NCBI GenBank assembly: GCA_010093995.1
Contig: ML992505.1
Location: 671,392-735,391, forward strand
Origin: Elsinoe ampelina
Taxonomy: Eukaryota
DNA length: 64,000 bases
Direction of reading: 5' to 3'
The notes beneath the pieces are model-generated. The model ran no database searches. It saw only the letters and a list, made by a program, of their open reading frames with translations, and had not been told where the DNA came from. A program made the translations under genes and the position numbers. Below are positions 11,815 to 23,116 of this stretch, one piece after another (positions within the stretch are counted from its first letter, which is position 1; each line of letters begins with the position of its first letter).

Positions 11815-12477
11815 ATGCCTCTGATCCAATCCTCCCAAGACCACCTCCCCCGTACGCCCCCTCTCCCCTCCTCGCTTCCCCCTCTAACACCCCCAGACAT
11901 CGACGGCCCCCCCTCCCCCACCTCCCTCAACACCGCCAAATCGCTCATCGCATCCGAACTCTCCGACCTCACTCTCCCACACCCATCTCTCCGCCCTCTC
12001 CCCCCGCCCACCTTCACCCCCGCCATCACCTCCTCCCTCACCCTCCTCTCCACCTCCCAACCCCTCCCCAAACTCGACTTCTCCCGCTACGAAGCCCCCT
12101 CCGCCCCGGACGAGGGCGCGAGCAAAGAGGAATGGACCAACGCTTTACGGTCGGCGTATATCTCCACGGGCTACTTGTCGAGTCGGACGGAGAACCTCTC
12201 TCTTCTCGAGACGTTTGGGAGGAATGCGTGGTTGGTGGGGAATAGTCAACTGGAGGACGTGTTGCGGGATTTGGAGGTAGAGGTTAAGCAGGCGAAGGGG
12301 GAGGTGGAGAGGGTGCAGAGCGAGAGGGAGGGGATGCAAGGGAGTGTGCGAGGGGAGTTGGAGGAGTTGGAGCGGACGTGGAGGGGCCAGGTGGGGAGGT
12401 TGTTGGAGGTGCAGGTTGCGGCGGAGAGGGTGAGGGGGGAGGTGGAGAGGAGGAGAAGGGAGGGGAGGGGAGGTTGA
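11815..12477 (+). CDS. SPF27: BCAS2/Spf27 (Cwf7) pre-mRNA splicing factor; probable in-frame 45-nt intron 11852-11896
   Basis: LDFSRYEAP, ENLSLLETFGRNAWLVGNSQLE and ELEELERTWR motifs. Confidence 0.85.
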   Translation: MPLIQSSQDHLPRTPPLPSSLPPLTPPDIDGPPSPTSLNTAKSLIASELSDLTLPHPSLRPLPPPTFTPAITSSLTLLSTSQPLPKLDFSRYEAPSAPDEGASKEEWTNALRSAYISTGYLSSRTENLSLLETFGRNAWLVGNSQLEDVLRDLEVEVKQAKGEVERVQSEREGMQGSVRGELEELERTWRGQVGRLLEVQVAAERVRGEVERRRREGRGG

Positions 12478-12886
12478 GGGAGTAGAGCCGAGGGTGTATT
12501 GATACGCAGGTACGGAAATGGTCCGAGGAGGCCGCGGCATCTGAAACAGGTCCGAGACGCTGCTTGAAATCGAGGGGGTCGAGAAGGCTGTGTTGGTCAC
12601 AGAGCCTGCAAGAAGCGTCAAGGAGGCGTCTCCCTTCAAACGGGTGTAGAGGGAGGAGCTGTCTGGCCGTGGATGACTTTGTCGCACCCTCAAAGCATCC
12701 GGGCAAGGAGGAAGAGGGCGCTGTTCGCTTTGTCGACAGGGGCATGTTAGCACCATGGAGAACATATGTTTATCAGATGTGGTCATCATAAGCTTGCAGA
12801 CATGCACACAGCGTAACATTTGATCATGGTATCTTCTCCACATCAATCATAACCCATCCTCGACTCCTCGCTCCCCCTCCGCCCCT

Positions 12887-13961
12887 CTACTCAGGCGGCA
12901 CAAACGGCTTGACCAACATCCCACTAAAACTCTCCAACTTCTCCTTCCCCCTGACCTCCTCGACCAAAAGCGGCATCTTGACCACATTAAACTCCTCATA
13001 CAACTCCTCAATCTGATCCAAATACTTCTTCTGCATCTTCCTCCTCGCATTACACTGCTCACACGGATTATCCTTCTTGGGAAACAACAACTGATTCACG
13101 ACAATCGCATGGGTATCGATCTCATAACTCGCCAGTTCCTGAATCATCCTCTCCGTCTCGTACAGCGATAGAAACTCGGGGATGCAAACGCACACAAACG
13201 TCGTCATGTCTGCATTCTTGAACTGGCCGTTGACTTCGGCGATGGTCTCCCGGAGGTCTTCCATCTTTTTGAGGACGTCGTCGAGGGACTGTCCATTGGG
13301 CAGCCCGCCTCGGGCGCCGAGGACGGAGTTGAGCATGGGTCCGAATTGGGAGGAGAGTTGGGAGAGTTTGGCGAGGGCTTTTTCCATGACGGTGGGGAAT
13401 TGGAGGAAGCGCAGCGTGTGCCCTGTGGGAGCGGTGTCGAAGATGATGACTTCGTAGGAGAGGGATTTTACTTGTTTGAGGACTTCGGCGAAGGACATGG
13501 CTTCGTCTACGCCGGGGATCTGGGAAAGTCAATGTGGTGTCTGAGTTGCATAGGATGGGTCGTACGCTGAAGGCAAGGTCTTGCATCATGCCGCCCATGC
13601 CCCCTAGGCCTTCCATGGCTCGTTCTGCGTCTTCTCCGCCTGCTGCGAGGAGGTCTTGAATGCTGCCATTGGGATCGATCTCCATGGCGCTTAGATTGTC
13701 GAAGCCGTTTATCAATCTGGCGTCTTTTCCGAACTTTTGGTTGAAAGCATCTGACAGGTTATGCGCCGGATCTGTGGAAATCAGGAGGACTGATTTTCGG
13801 TGTTTCGCCATTTGGATCGCAAGACTGCATGATGTGGTCGTCTTTCCTACACCTCCCTTACCACCAACGAAGATCCAGCGGAGTGTCTTCTGGTCCAAGA
13901 TTGATTGGAGTGTAGGTTCCATGACATCCTCGTCGGCGTTGACCACTGCTGCGGAGGACAT
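12887..13961 (-). CDS. GET3: Tail-anchored protein targeting ATPase Get3/Asna1; intron 13565-13520
   Basis: [19 protein letters not shown]-loop, [29 protein letters not shown] zinc site. Confidence 0.97.
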
Positions 13962-14304
13962 GGTGGCGGGGCGTGCTGTTCCAAGCGATGGTTGATTTAC
14001 TCTCGATTGAAGCGATCAAATCTTCGGTGTATCAAGTAAGGTGAAACCGTGCCGCTTCTCAATTTGAGCGTCTTCTTTGGTATAGGTGGCTCTACGTGGG
14101 CAGGAAGAAATCAAGGACAGCGGGGAGAGCTCCATAGACAAGGGTTAGGGTTTCAATGACGTCGAGGTCAACAACTGAGCATGTGAAAGTTGGATATAAA
14201 CAACCACGTGCTCGATTCGAGGCCAAAGTATATTATGGTAGACTTACTTCAAGAATGCTGATATAACTCACCACCATCCTCCGGGATCCTTCGCAATCAT
14301 CAGC

Positions 14305-15708
14305 ATGGAGAGCCGCCTCCACCAACCTTTCCTCTCGACCCTCACTTCCACCACTACCGAATCCTCCCTCCGTCGGCCCAATTACTGGACATCCAATCCC
14401 TCTTCACTGATCAGCTCGTGTAATATCTCCTCCGTCCTTCTTGGTACCGGCGCCTCAATTTACCACTCCATTGCTCCGATTATTAACGCCACCGAACACG
14501 AACTCATCCTCGTCACGTGCTTCTGGGCTCGGTCTGCGTCACTGGATGTTTTGCGTGAATGTCTCCTGCATCTGTCTGACAAGGGGCTCATGGCAGGGAG
14601 CAGAATTCGCGTAAGGATCTGTCTGTCTTCAGTAGGATTGTTGCAGAAACTGTTTCACACGCAGAGTCTGCATGGGTATGTTTATCCTGCAGAGGCATGG
14701 GAGGGGAAGCTGGGACTGCCGAAACCTGGGGAACTGCAGGGTCTGGATCTACAAGTGAAGAGTATCTTCGTCAAGCCATTCAGTGTCATGCATCCGAAAT
14801 TCATTGTGGTGGATCGGAAGAGGGTCTTGTTGCCGAGTTGCAATGTCAGTTGGGAGGATTGGTTTGAGGGGTGTATAGGGTTGACAGGGGTTGTGGTGGG
14901 TCAGTTTGTGGAGTTTTGGCAGCGGTTCTGGATTCATACGAAGGATGATCTGAGGCTTGAAGGCGTCTCGATAGATGGCGGGGACTTGCCATTCGATGTA
15001 TCTACAGGTGGCAATCTTCCAGCTCAGATCAACGTGAACTCGACAGACACGCCATGCGTTTTTTTACCATCACCGCACAACATCGATCCCAAGTTTCGTT
15101 TGCCTTGGCAAGGAGCTGCACTGCCACCGAACACGCCTCTTAACGTATTCCTGCTTGCCGCTTTTAAAACCGCACATCGAAGTGTGTACATACAGACGCC
15201 GAATCTGACATCCCCGCCGGTACTGTCAGCACTCCTGGATATGATGAATCGAGGCGTGGACCTTCATATCGTCACCAGCGAACGGCTGATGATTCTGGAA
15301 CAGCTAGTAACTGCGGGGACGACCACATCGAGGTGTGTGAAGAAGCTGATAAAGCGATGTGAAAAGAAGCAGCTGAAGAAAAGAGAGAACGTTGATGGAG
15401 CGGCTGAGGAAGGTAGAGCATTCATATCGGGGCGGCTCACAGTCGAGTACTACGAGCCATCCAAGGAGGACTCGGGCGGAGATCGCTTCGGAAAGGAACC
15501 GGTCCAGTCACATCTGAAGTTGACGATCGTTGACGAAGAGCTAGTCGTCCTCGGAAGTGGTAATTTGGACCGTGCAAGCTGGTACACCAGTCAGGAACTC
15601 GGAGTGGCTTTCTACTCGAAGGACTTGGCTTCTGGACTGCATGGGACCCTGGGAAAGATCTTGGAGACAAGAAAGAAATTGGTGTACGACAGTGGAGAAG
15701 CTACCTGA
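14305..15708 (+). CDS. Phospholipase D/nuclease superfamily protein with two HKD motifs, intronless
   Basis: HPKFIVVD...SCN and HLKLTIVD...GSGNLD; IQTPN motif. Confidence 0.85.
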   Translation: MESRLHQPFLSTLTSTTTESSLRRPNYWTSNPSSLISSCNISSVLLGTGASIYHSIAPIINATEHELILVTCFWARSASLDVLRECLLHLSDKGLMAGSRIRVRICLSSVGLLQKLFHTQSLHGYVYPAEAWEGKLGLPKPGELQGLDLQVKSIFVKPFSVMHPKFIVVDRKRVLLPSCNVSWEDWFEGCIGLTGVVVGQFVEFWQRFWIHTKDDLRLEGVSIDGGDLPFDVSTGGNLPAQINVNSTDTPCVFLPSPHNIDPKFRLPWQGAALPPNTPLNVFLLAAFKTAHRSVYIQTPNLTSPPVLSALLDMMNRGVDLHIVTSERLMILEQLVTAGTTTSRCVKKLIKRCEKKQLKKRENVDGAAEEGRAFISGRLTVEYYEPSKEDSGGDRFGKEPVQSHLKLTIVDEELVVLGSGNLDRASWYTSQELGVAFYSKDLASGLHGTLGKILETRKKLVYDSGEAT

Positions 15709-15712
15709 AAGG

Positions 15713-17233
15713 CTAGTCATCTTCGCTACCAGAACCGTCATGGATCATTCCATCCAAAGGATCCGTCTCTGCAGCCAGAAGTGGTGCTCTCTCACCCTCG
15801 GGCCGCTTGAAGTGGCTCGCGATGCTGAGGACCAGAACACTCAGGCCATGGACGAAAGTGCTGGACAATACTACAAAGCTAACGATAGGCCAGATCAGCT
15901 CGATCGCCAAGTGCTTCGGACTGTAGGGCTTGCTGTACTTGGGCGGATGCGGCAGAGGAGATGCTGTACCAGTCTCCAGCATAGCTCGAGCTTCGATAGC
16001 CAGGAAGAGAGCGCCCAATCCCATCGGACCGAACCAGCCACAGAATATGGCCTCGTTGAAGGTCCGGATGTCGGGGGTGAACTTGTAGACGGCCAACATG
16101 ATTGGTATCCTCCTGAATAGTAATACCAGAACCGCAAACAAGGTCAACTTCCACGGTGTGAGCATGTATGTAATCTCTCCCTGCGTGAATGCATGCCATG
16201 GTATGATCGTGCCAAAGTAGACAAACATGGCACTGTTGAGCATTAGGTCCACCACTTCTGGTAAGTGAGCAGATTTGATCTTCTTCTGGAACCAGCCATC
16301 TCGAGCGAAACCATATCCGGCACCGAATGCGACCAGAAAGTCGTCAGATCCAAGTGTGCTCCCAACACCTACACTAAGCAGTGCGAGCAGCAGGTAGAAG
16401 ACTGTGAGGCCAGCCTCGTCGACATACTGTCGTTTTTCACTGAAACGGAGGACTCTGTTGAAGAAGGTGCCTATAATCAAGCCTACAGCTGTCCCGAATG
16501 CACATTGCCACAGGATGGTGACCAGGAAGTACTCCCGAGCTGCCTCGCCAAAGTTGGTGCTGAGAAGAGCATAGAGACCGATGTAGAGGAAAGGAAAAGA
16601 TATGCCGTCGTTGCAACCTGTTTCTGCTGAAATCAAGTTTTTGACCCTTTTCGGTACTCGCTCGCTGAATTGGCTGTTTGACAGAATGGAGGCAGCCAGT
16701 ACAGGATCTGTAGGTGTCAAGCATGCGGCTATGGTGAGAGCGGTTGCAGCACCTGTCTGGAATAGGAGATGAATCAGAAGAGCACAGAAAAGCCAGCCGA
16801 ATGCCATGACAGGTCCTACAAAGATTAATATAGTCTTACAGCATAGGATAGTCAAGTACATACCCAGCATCATTGCTACACTCTTCCAGTGGCGTGTCGC
16901 ATAATGCTTTGGTAGCTCAATACCAACCGTAAAGACTTGAATACCAACGATGACCCTGGTGGTTTCTTGAATGATGTTGTCACCCCATCCCCAGCTTTCC
17001 TTGTTGCCCTGTCCGACTTCATCAATACAGCGTAGGCCATTGCATTCATTCGGATTGATCCATCCTAAACCTCGAGGTCCGAGGATGATACCGCCGAGTA
17101 GAGCGATGGGTGGTTCAGAGAGATGCAGTCTATTCCGGATGAATGTAGCAAATAGTGTATACGCAATCAAGAATGTCGACAATATCAAGTATGATCTGTG
17201 TGAAGGCGTTGCCTCAATCTGCTTCCACGCCAT
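15713..17233 (-). CDS. CPA1 Na+/H+ antiporter (Nha1/Sod2 family); in-frame 48-nt intron 16863-16816
   Basis: LTPTDPVLA, SAETGCNDG, LGSDDFLVAF and GWFGPMG motifs; many TM segments. Confidence 0.9.
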   Translation of the reverse strand: MAWKQIEATPSHRSYLILSTFLIAYTLFATFIRNRLHLSEPPIALLGGIILGPRGLGWINPNECNGLRCIDEVGQGNKESWGWGDNIIQETTRVIVGIQVFTVGIELPKHYATRHWKSVAMMLGMYLTILCCKTILIFVGPVMAFGWLFCALLIHLLFQTGAATALTIAACLTPTDPVLAASILSNSQFSERVPKRVKNLISAETGCNDGISFPFLYIGLYALLSTNFGEAAREYFLVTILWQCAFGTAVGLIIGTFFNRVLRFSEKRQYVDEAGLTVFYLLLALLSVGVGSTLGSDDFLVAFGAGYGFARDGWFQKKIKSAHLPEVVDLMLNSAMFVYFGTIIPWHAFTQGEITYMLTPWKLTLFAVLVLLFRRIPIMLAVYKFTPDIRTFNEAIFCGWFGPMGLGALFLAIEARAMLETGTASPLPHPPKYSKPYSPKHLAIELIWPIVSFVVLSSTFVHGLSVLVLSIASHFKRPEGERAPLLAAETDPLDGMIHDGSGSEDD

Positions 17234-18252
17234 GCTGCGAGCGGTATCCCTGACTGCTGATGGCCAAGAAGCCGAGGGTGTAGATGAAACTAACTATCAT
17301 GTGTGGCTGACGGATGAAAGTGGAGAGACAGACCGTACGAGTAAGTCGTGGCAAAAATTCAAGCTTGACTGTACCGTTGGAGGTCGAGGTTTGAAGCTCT
17401 GGGGGAGGAGCTTGAGGTCAGACATCTGGTTGATGACGTTTAACCCGAACGGGAGAGATCCACCCCAGGAAACCTTACGATTGACGCCTTTTGTCGATCC
17501 TTTTAACCAAGCTCTTGGGGTCTTTTCAACGGTCGGTGGGATGATCACTTTGATTGATCACTCATGGTCTTTTGAACGAGACATGCTCTCGACCATGCCT
17601 GCACATCAACGTCGTAGCAGATCATAAAAGCGCCGCAAGCAATAATTCTCCCAAGCATCAATCTATTCTTCAGCTGCCACGTAAGATGTGAATGAAGCCC
17701 TTCCCCGACGCCCGAGCACCAAGAATATCATCCAGTGGTACGATCGCATTGTGGTCTAGCGCTGACATCAAGATCCCCGTCTTTTCGACCGCAGCAAAAC
17801 TTCGGACTCTACACATCCGACACGGCATTCTTTTTCACGAAATCTGGTCCAGCAGGTCAGCCATGTTCGAGGTGGAACCCCATTACTGTTACAGATGTGC
17901 CATATCTAACGGAGTTCCCGCGTGACAGGTCAGCTTCACCCGTGTGCGGGCAAGTATACTATTCATGCCCATCTTCCTTTCTTGTCAATCAGATACCATA
18001 TCCGGAGCTCAAAAACGATTAGAGTCGCTAGATAAGGTCAAAACGTTTGCCGGCTTGTTCAAGTTCACACCGTTTGTCGTCGTTTTCACCTTATTCACAA
18101 GCAAATAGCCAACGGTTGCCTCCAACACAACCGGGAAAATGATTGTCAATAATATTTCTTCCTCCGCCGGGGTGAGACATACGGAAAGTCGTAGCTACAA
18201 AAGTGGCTCTAATCACCAGGCTGTCACGATTGATCAGACTACGACAACAGCC

Positions 18253-19455
18253 ATGTCGAAAAGGACTCTTTATACGATTGTTACACCTCTACCGGCTACC
18301 ATAACAAGAGAGACTGCTGTTAGGGCACTCCATGATCATGCAGAGGTGGGGGCACATGTCTGTGTGAATGAGCACCGCTGACAGAGATAGATGATCCAGC
18401 TGAACCCATTAGTGATCAAGCATTCAAAGTGTCGACCACATCCTCTATCAGCCCCCGACGAGTTCCACGCTACCTGGTATGAGTTGACCGACAAGATCAG
18501 CTACTTTCCCGGCATCAAAGGCAAAGTTTCATACAAAGCTTGCTTTCATGACTTGCCCACTGGTTTGCAGACACATGTATACGCTCCTGCTGGACTGGAC
18601 ATTAAAGAGAAGTGGACTATTGGAGGCAATGAGCCTGGAGAACCAAGACAAGTGTTGGAGCTTGGACTTGTCGGGGTCCCAAGAGATGGTCTATACCTAC
18701 GAGAAGATGTTGACATGACATGCAACTTCTTCCTCACCGGTTTTGTCAAGAAGACACTCAAGAAGGCACATTCGGTCCTGGTCGATCGACTCGTAGTCAA
18801 GGCTGATCTTGAGGATGACAAGCATGCTCGCAAACAGTATGCTGCTCCAACACCAGAAATGCACCGACCATGGACTCCATCAATCAGGTCAGGGTCAACC
18901 ACTCTCAGGAATGACTCTGCGCAGACCAGCAAGACGACATACGACCTGCTCGATCTACCTGCGCTTGATACCCATCGTCCATTGATCTCCGATTTCCGAC
19001 AATGGGATGACCGCAGCCCAACAATGGCTTCGACACGCTCGACAAGTACGAGATCCAACTCAACCACGAGCCGAGCAAGGAAGCATATGCATCGAATGAG
19101 TCTTCAAGGCCCCATGATGAATATGTCATACCCCGTCTTGCGCAGTCCAGAATTCGAGGAAGAGGATCCTTATGATCTCTACACCAAGCCGGTCAACATC
19201 TACGAGATGCCTCACCAATCGAATAGTATGGTTGAGCTACAGGCAGTCGAGCTTCCTGCCGATGACGGAGCTCAACCAGACTATGTCCGACAACAGAGTA
19301 TTCACGAAGATGCCATTCGGGAGTTTTTGGAGAAGCCGCACACTGCATGGCCACCACGCAGAGACAGCAGCATGTATTCGGAGAGGTTGAATCCATTGAG
19401 AAGTCAGCCCGTCAAAAGTCGACTTCGGAGTCAGAGATTTGAGCTGGAGGGTTAA
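18253..19455 (+). CDS. Conserved fungal hypothetical protein (DUF7053-like N-terminal domain plus disordered tail); intron 18346-18390
   Basis: TPLPATITRETAVRALHDH..|MIQLNPLV...GLQTHVYAPAGLDIKEKW...LYLREDVDM.CNFFLTGFVKKTLKKAH pattern. Confidence 0.7.
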
Positions 19456-20203
19456 GATGTAATATTTATTGGTTTCTTGGAGCGTTCTTGCGAGACTATA
19501 CCCCATCATCTCCCATGTCTGTAAAAACATGTAATAATACTTTTCCTTTTCCTGTCATGTCAAGTGTCACACGTGTTTCAGAGTTTTCTCACCGGAATAC
19601 GAAGGCCTTACGGCCCCCGCCGACCATACAAATTTGGAACGCCATCAAAGTAGTCGGCCTGAATGTAATCTCCCGTGCCACATTGAATTTCCGTCAATTA
19701 CTGTGCCTTCTCCTCAGGAGCGAGGTATGTCAGTTGAGATGGAAATCACCTGCAATTGCCTCAATACTTGTGCAAAAGATGTACCGTGTACGAAGGATGC
19801 GCAAGCAAGGACCATGGTTCGTGAAGATCAATGCGGGATGGGCGAAGCAAATCTGTTTCAGGGCAGATCAGACGTTGCTGTGCCAAAAAATAGCTCGCCT
19901 CTGTCAAGAGACCCCACAACCGTTGCGCTGTACGAACAACCTAAAAAGTATGGTCAGAGCAAAGAACACTACTATTCGGAAATATCCTGCATATGCATCT
20001 CGTCTATCATCCAAATCTCCACCATTCATTATAAACATCAATAGTCCTTGTTACCACAATTGTCTTACGGAACCGTCACAGAATTGACCCTCTGTGTCAC
20101 ACTCCGATTGGTCCTCTGGCAAAGATCGCCCCGGGCGTGGCGGCACGTTTGGGGCAGTTCATGCACCTTCTGATCCAAGGCCGAGCCTGAATTACGAGGC
20201 ACA

Positions 20204-22094
20204 ATGAGAGAAGTCAGCACCGCTTCCCAGTACAACTCTGCCTGGAAACCTCCTCGCAAAGAATACGATCCTTTCTTTCCTTCATCACCTTTCAAATCGC
20301 ATCCATCGCCGACAACCCCGCCATTTGTTTCGACCCAGACACATCTTCTGAACACTCCGACGCGAAACGGTCTTACTCTACCTCAGTCAACCATGTCAAA
20401 CGGAAACGGGGACAGATGGGGACCTCCACAGGGTCATGATTATTATAATGTACCTCCACCACCTCAGCAGTCCTATCATATGAATCATCAAATGGACGAC
20501 CGGTACCAGGATACTTCATATGGCGGGCACGACATGGGGTATGGGTATCAAGGGAGTGAACCCTCGTTGCGGGACAACCATTTCAACCGGAACAGTTATT
20601 ACGAGAATGGCGCATACCCAGATATATCACCGTCGCCTGCAAGGCTTTCACGACCGGAATTTGACGCTATTGATCCACATTCGATTGCGGACGGACCGGA
20701 CGAGAGGGACGACTTTCCGCCTACGAGAGATTCGCCTGGCAGGAAGAGGCTGTCCAAGATTCCGGTGATTGGAGCTGCTGCTGTGGGATCAGCTGGGTCA
20801 TACTCTGCGGTAGGCCAAGGTGGGAGCTCACAAATGCTGGCGAACCCTGGGGGAGAGAAGGCAGCGTGGAGAGACATGGACAATGCTGAGAGAAAGAGCA
20901 GGAAGCGCAAGATCTGGATCGTTATTGGTATTGTCCTCCTTCTCGCCATCGCCGGTGGTGTCGCTGGCGGCATTCTGGGTACGCGCAACAATGGCTCATC
21001 TGGATCGAGTGGATCTTCGGCGGGTTCCAGCAGCAGGTCTGATGGGCTCAATGCTGATTCCAAGGAGATCAAGGCTCTTATGAACAACAAGGATCTTCAC
21101 AAGGTCTTTCCAGCCATGGACTATACCGCATTCAAGACCCTCTATCCTGATTGTCTCGTCGACCCACCCAGTCAGGACAATGTGACCATGGATATTGCTG
21201 TCCTCTCCCAGCTCACTCCTGCTGTCCGTGTCTATGGTACAGACTGCAACCAGACCGAGATGATCTTCACAGCTATCGACAGGCTCAATCTTAACCAAAC
21301 GATGAAATTGTGGCTTGGTGTCTGGATTGATGGCAATTCTACTACCAATGACAGGCAGCTTACCCACATGTATGACTTGTTGAAGAAGTACCCTCAGGAT
21401 CACTTCCTTGGTGTCATTGTTGGTAACGAAGCCCTCTTTCGTAAAGAGATCACCGAGACTGCCTTGACTACGCTTCTCGGCGAAGTTAAGAGCAACCTCA
21501 CTGGTATGGGCATCAACTTGTCTGTCTCTACTAGCGATCTCGGTTCAGCATGGACCCAAGGACTGGCTGCCGCATCAGATCACGTTATGGGCAACATTCA
21601 TCCCTTCTTTGCTGGTGTACCTGCCCCCGATGCTGCAGGCTGGACATATGTCTTCTGGCAAGGCAACAATGTCGCCATAGCTCCAGAACCGACAAATGCA
21701 GCCGCAGGTGCTATCCCCAGGAACATCATCTCCGAAGTTGGCTGGCCAAGTGGAGGTGGTAATGACTGCGGTACGACTGCGCAGTGTACTGCTCCTGATC
21801 AAGGCAGTGTCGCAGGTGTCCCAGAGATGAATCAATTCATGGACAACTGGGTCTGTGGTGCCAACAATAACGGGACAATGTACTTTTGGTTCGAGGCCTT
21901 TGATGAGCCATGGAAGGTCAAATTTAACACTGCGCAAGAACAATGGGAGGGTAAGTTGACCATACCATCATATGCTAGATCGTGACTGACATGCCACAGA
22001 CAAATGGGGTCTCATGACCATCGACCGCAAGCTAAAGCCTGGTATCAAGATTCCAGACTGTGGCGGCAAGACTGTATCGCTGCCTTCGGCGTAA
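20204..22094 (+). CDS. btgC: Type II membrane GH17 endo-1,3-beta-glucanase (BtgC-like); intron 21951-21999; start may be the ATG at 20393
   Basis: Single TM after [44 protein letters not shown]. Confidence 0.88.
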
Positions 22095-23116
22095 GGAAAA
22101 ATATTCATATCACGATCTAATACAGCGTCACCGCTAGTCGGGACGGCAGCACATGTATGGGGAAGGCGCAAAAGTTTTGAACACGATCTGGGCGGTGTCA
22201 TTGGCATTTGAATGCGAAGATTGAAATGACTGTCTCTACGGAATGGGTAGGGTATGAGGATCTGTATATAGTGATGAGGGGAATGGATTTGGGGAGATCA
22301 AAACTAAATCTCGTGGCTGCGCGTCGACGTGTCTGCGTGTCTGTGATGGCAATTGCCAAACACTTACTGATGCACTGGCTGGCTGCGTGTCATTCTATTT
22401 AAAATATACTGCTGAACGATCCACTGATCTCAGCTGTCAAAACTAATCAAGCATGCTGTGCCTGAGGATCTCAAATCATGATCGACGCGACCGTTGAAGC
22501 TCTCTCCGAAAAAGTTGCGGCACTTGCGTCACTTTGGTTTTTTCGCTGGTTCCGTCGGCTTCAGATTCCTCCCCGCCTTTCTTTTTGGATTGCCTGTCAA
22601 CCCACGAGCTGCCACACCTGCACAAGAGCTCCTCAGCGACCAGGAAAAAGCATTGATCATGCGTCCGACTGAGAATATGCTGCTTCCCACAGTGATGCCT
22701 CCGAAATCAGTACAGCAACGTCAACAGCATCGAGCTCTCACATTTCTCACCCACTCACCGCCTTTGACCGTTACCCAATCGGGAGCAATCTATGGGATTC
22801 TGCTGGGCGTGGTCAAGTCATTTGGGAAGTCGAAAGGATACAGAGGGTCCAAGCGCGTCCTGACCCTCCAGCACCCCCATGCAGCTCCTCACACGCTCAT
22901 TTCTCATCTTATGAACCTTGCACATGGTCATGACTTGTTCTCAGTCTTCTTTCGTCACTACACTTCAACCTTCTCGCTGATTGACAGCTCACACACTTGC
23001 AACACTTGACATTCTCATCTCCCCCCTCCAGCCACTCCGCATCCGTCACTCCCTCAATCAACACCCCGACGACGACAGCATCACGACCCTACCCTCTTCA
23101 AGGGTGACCTCCAGCG

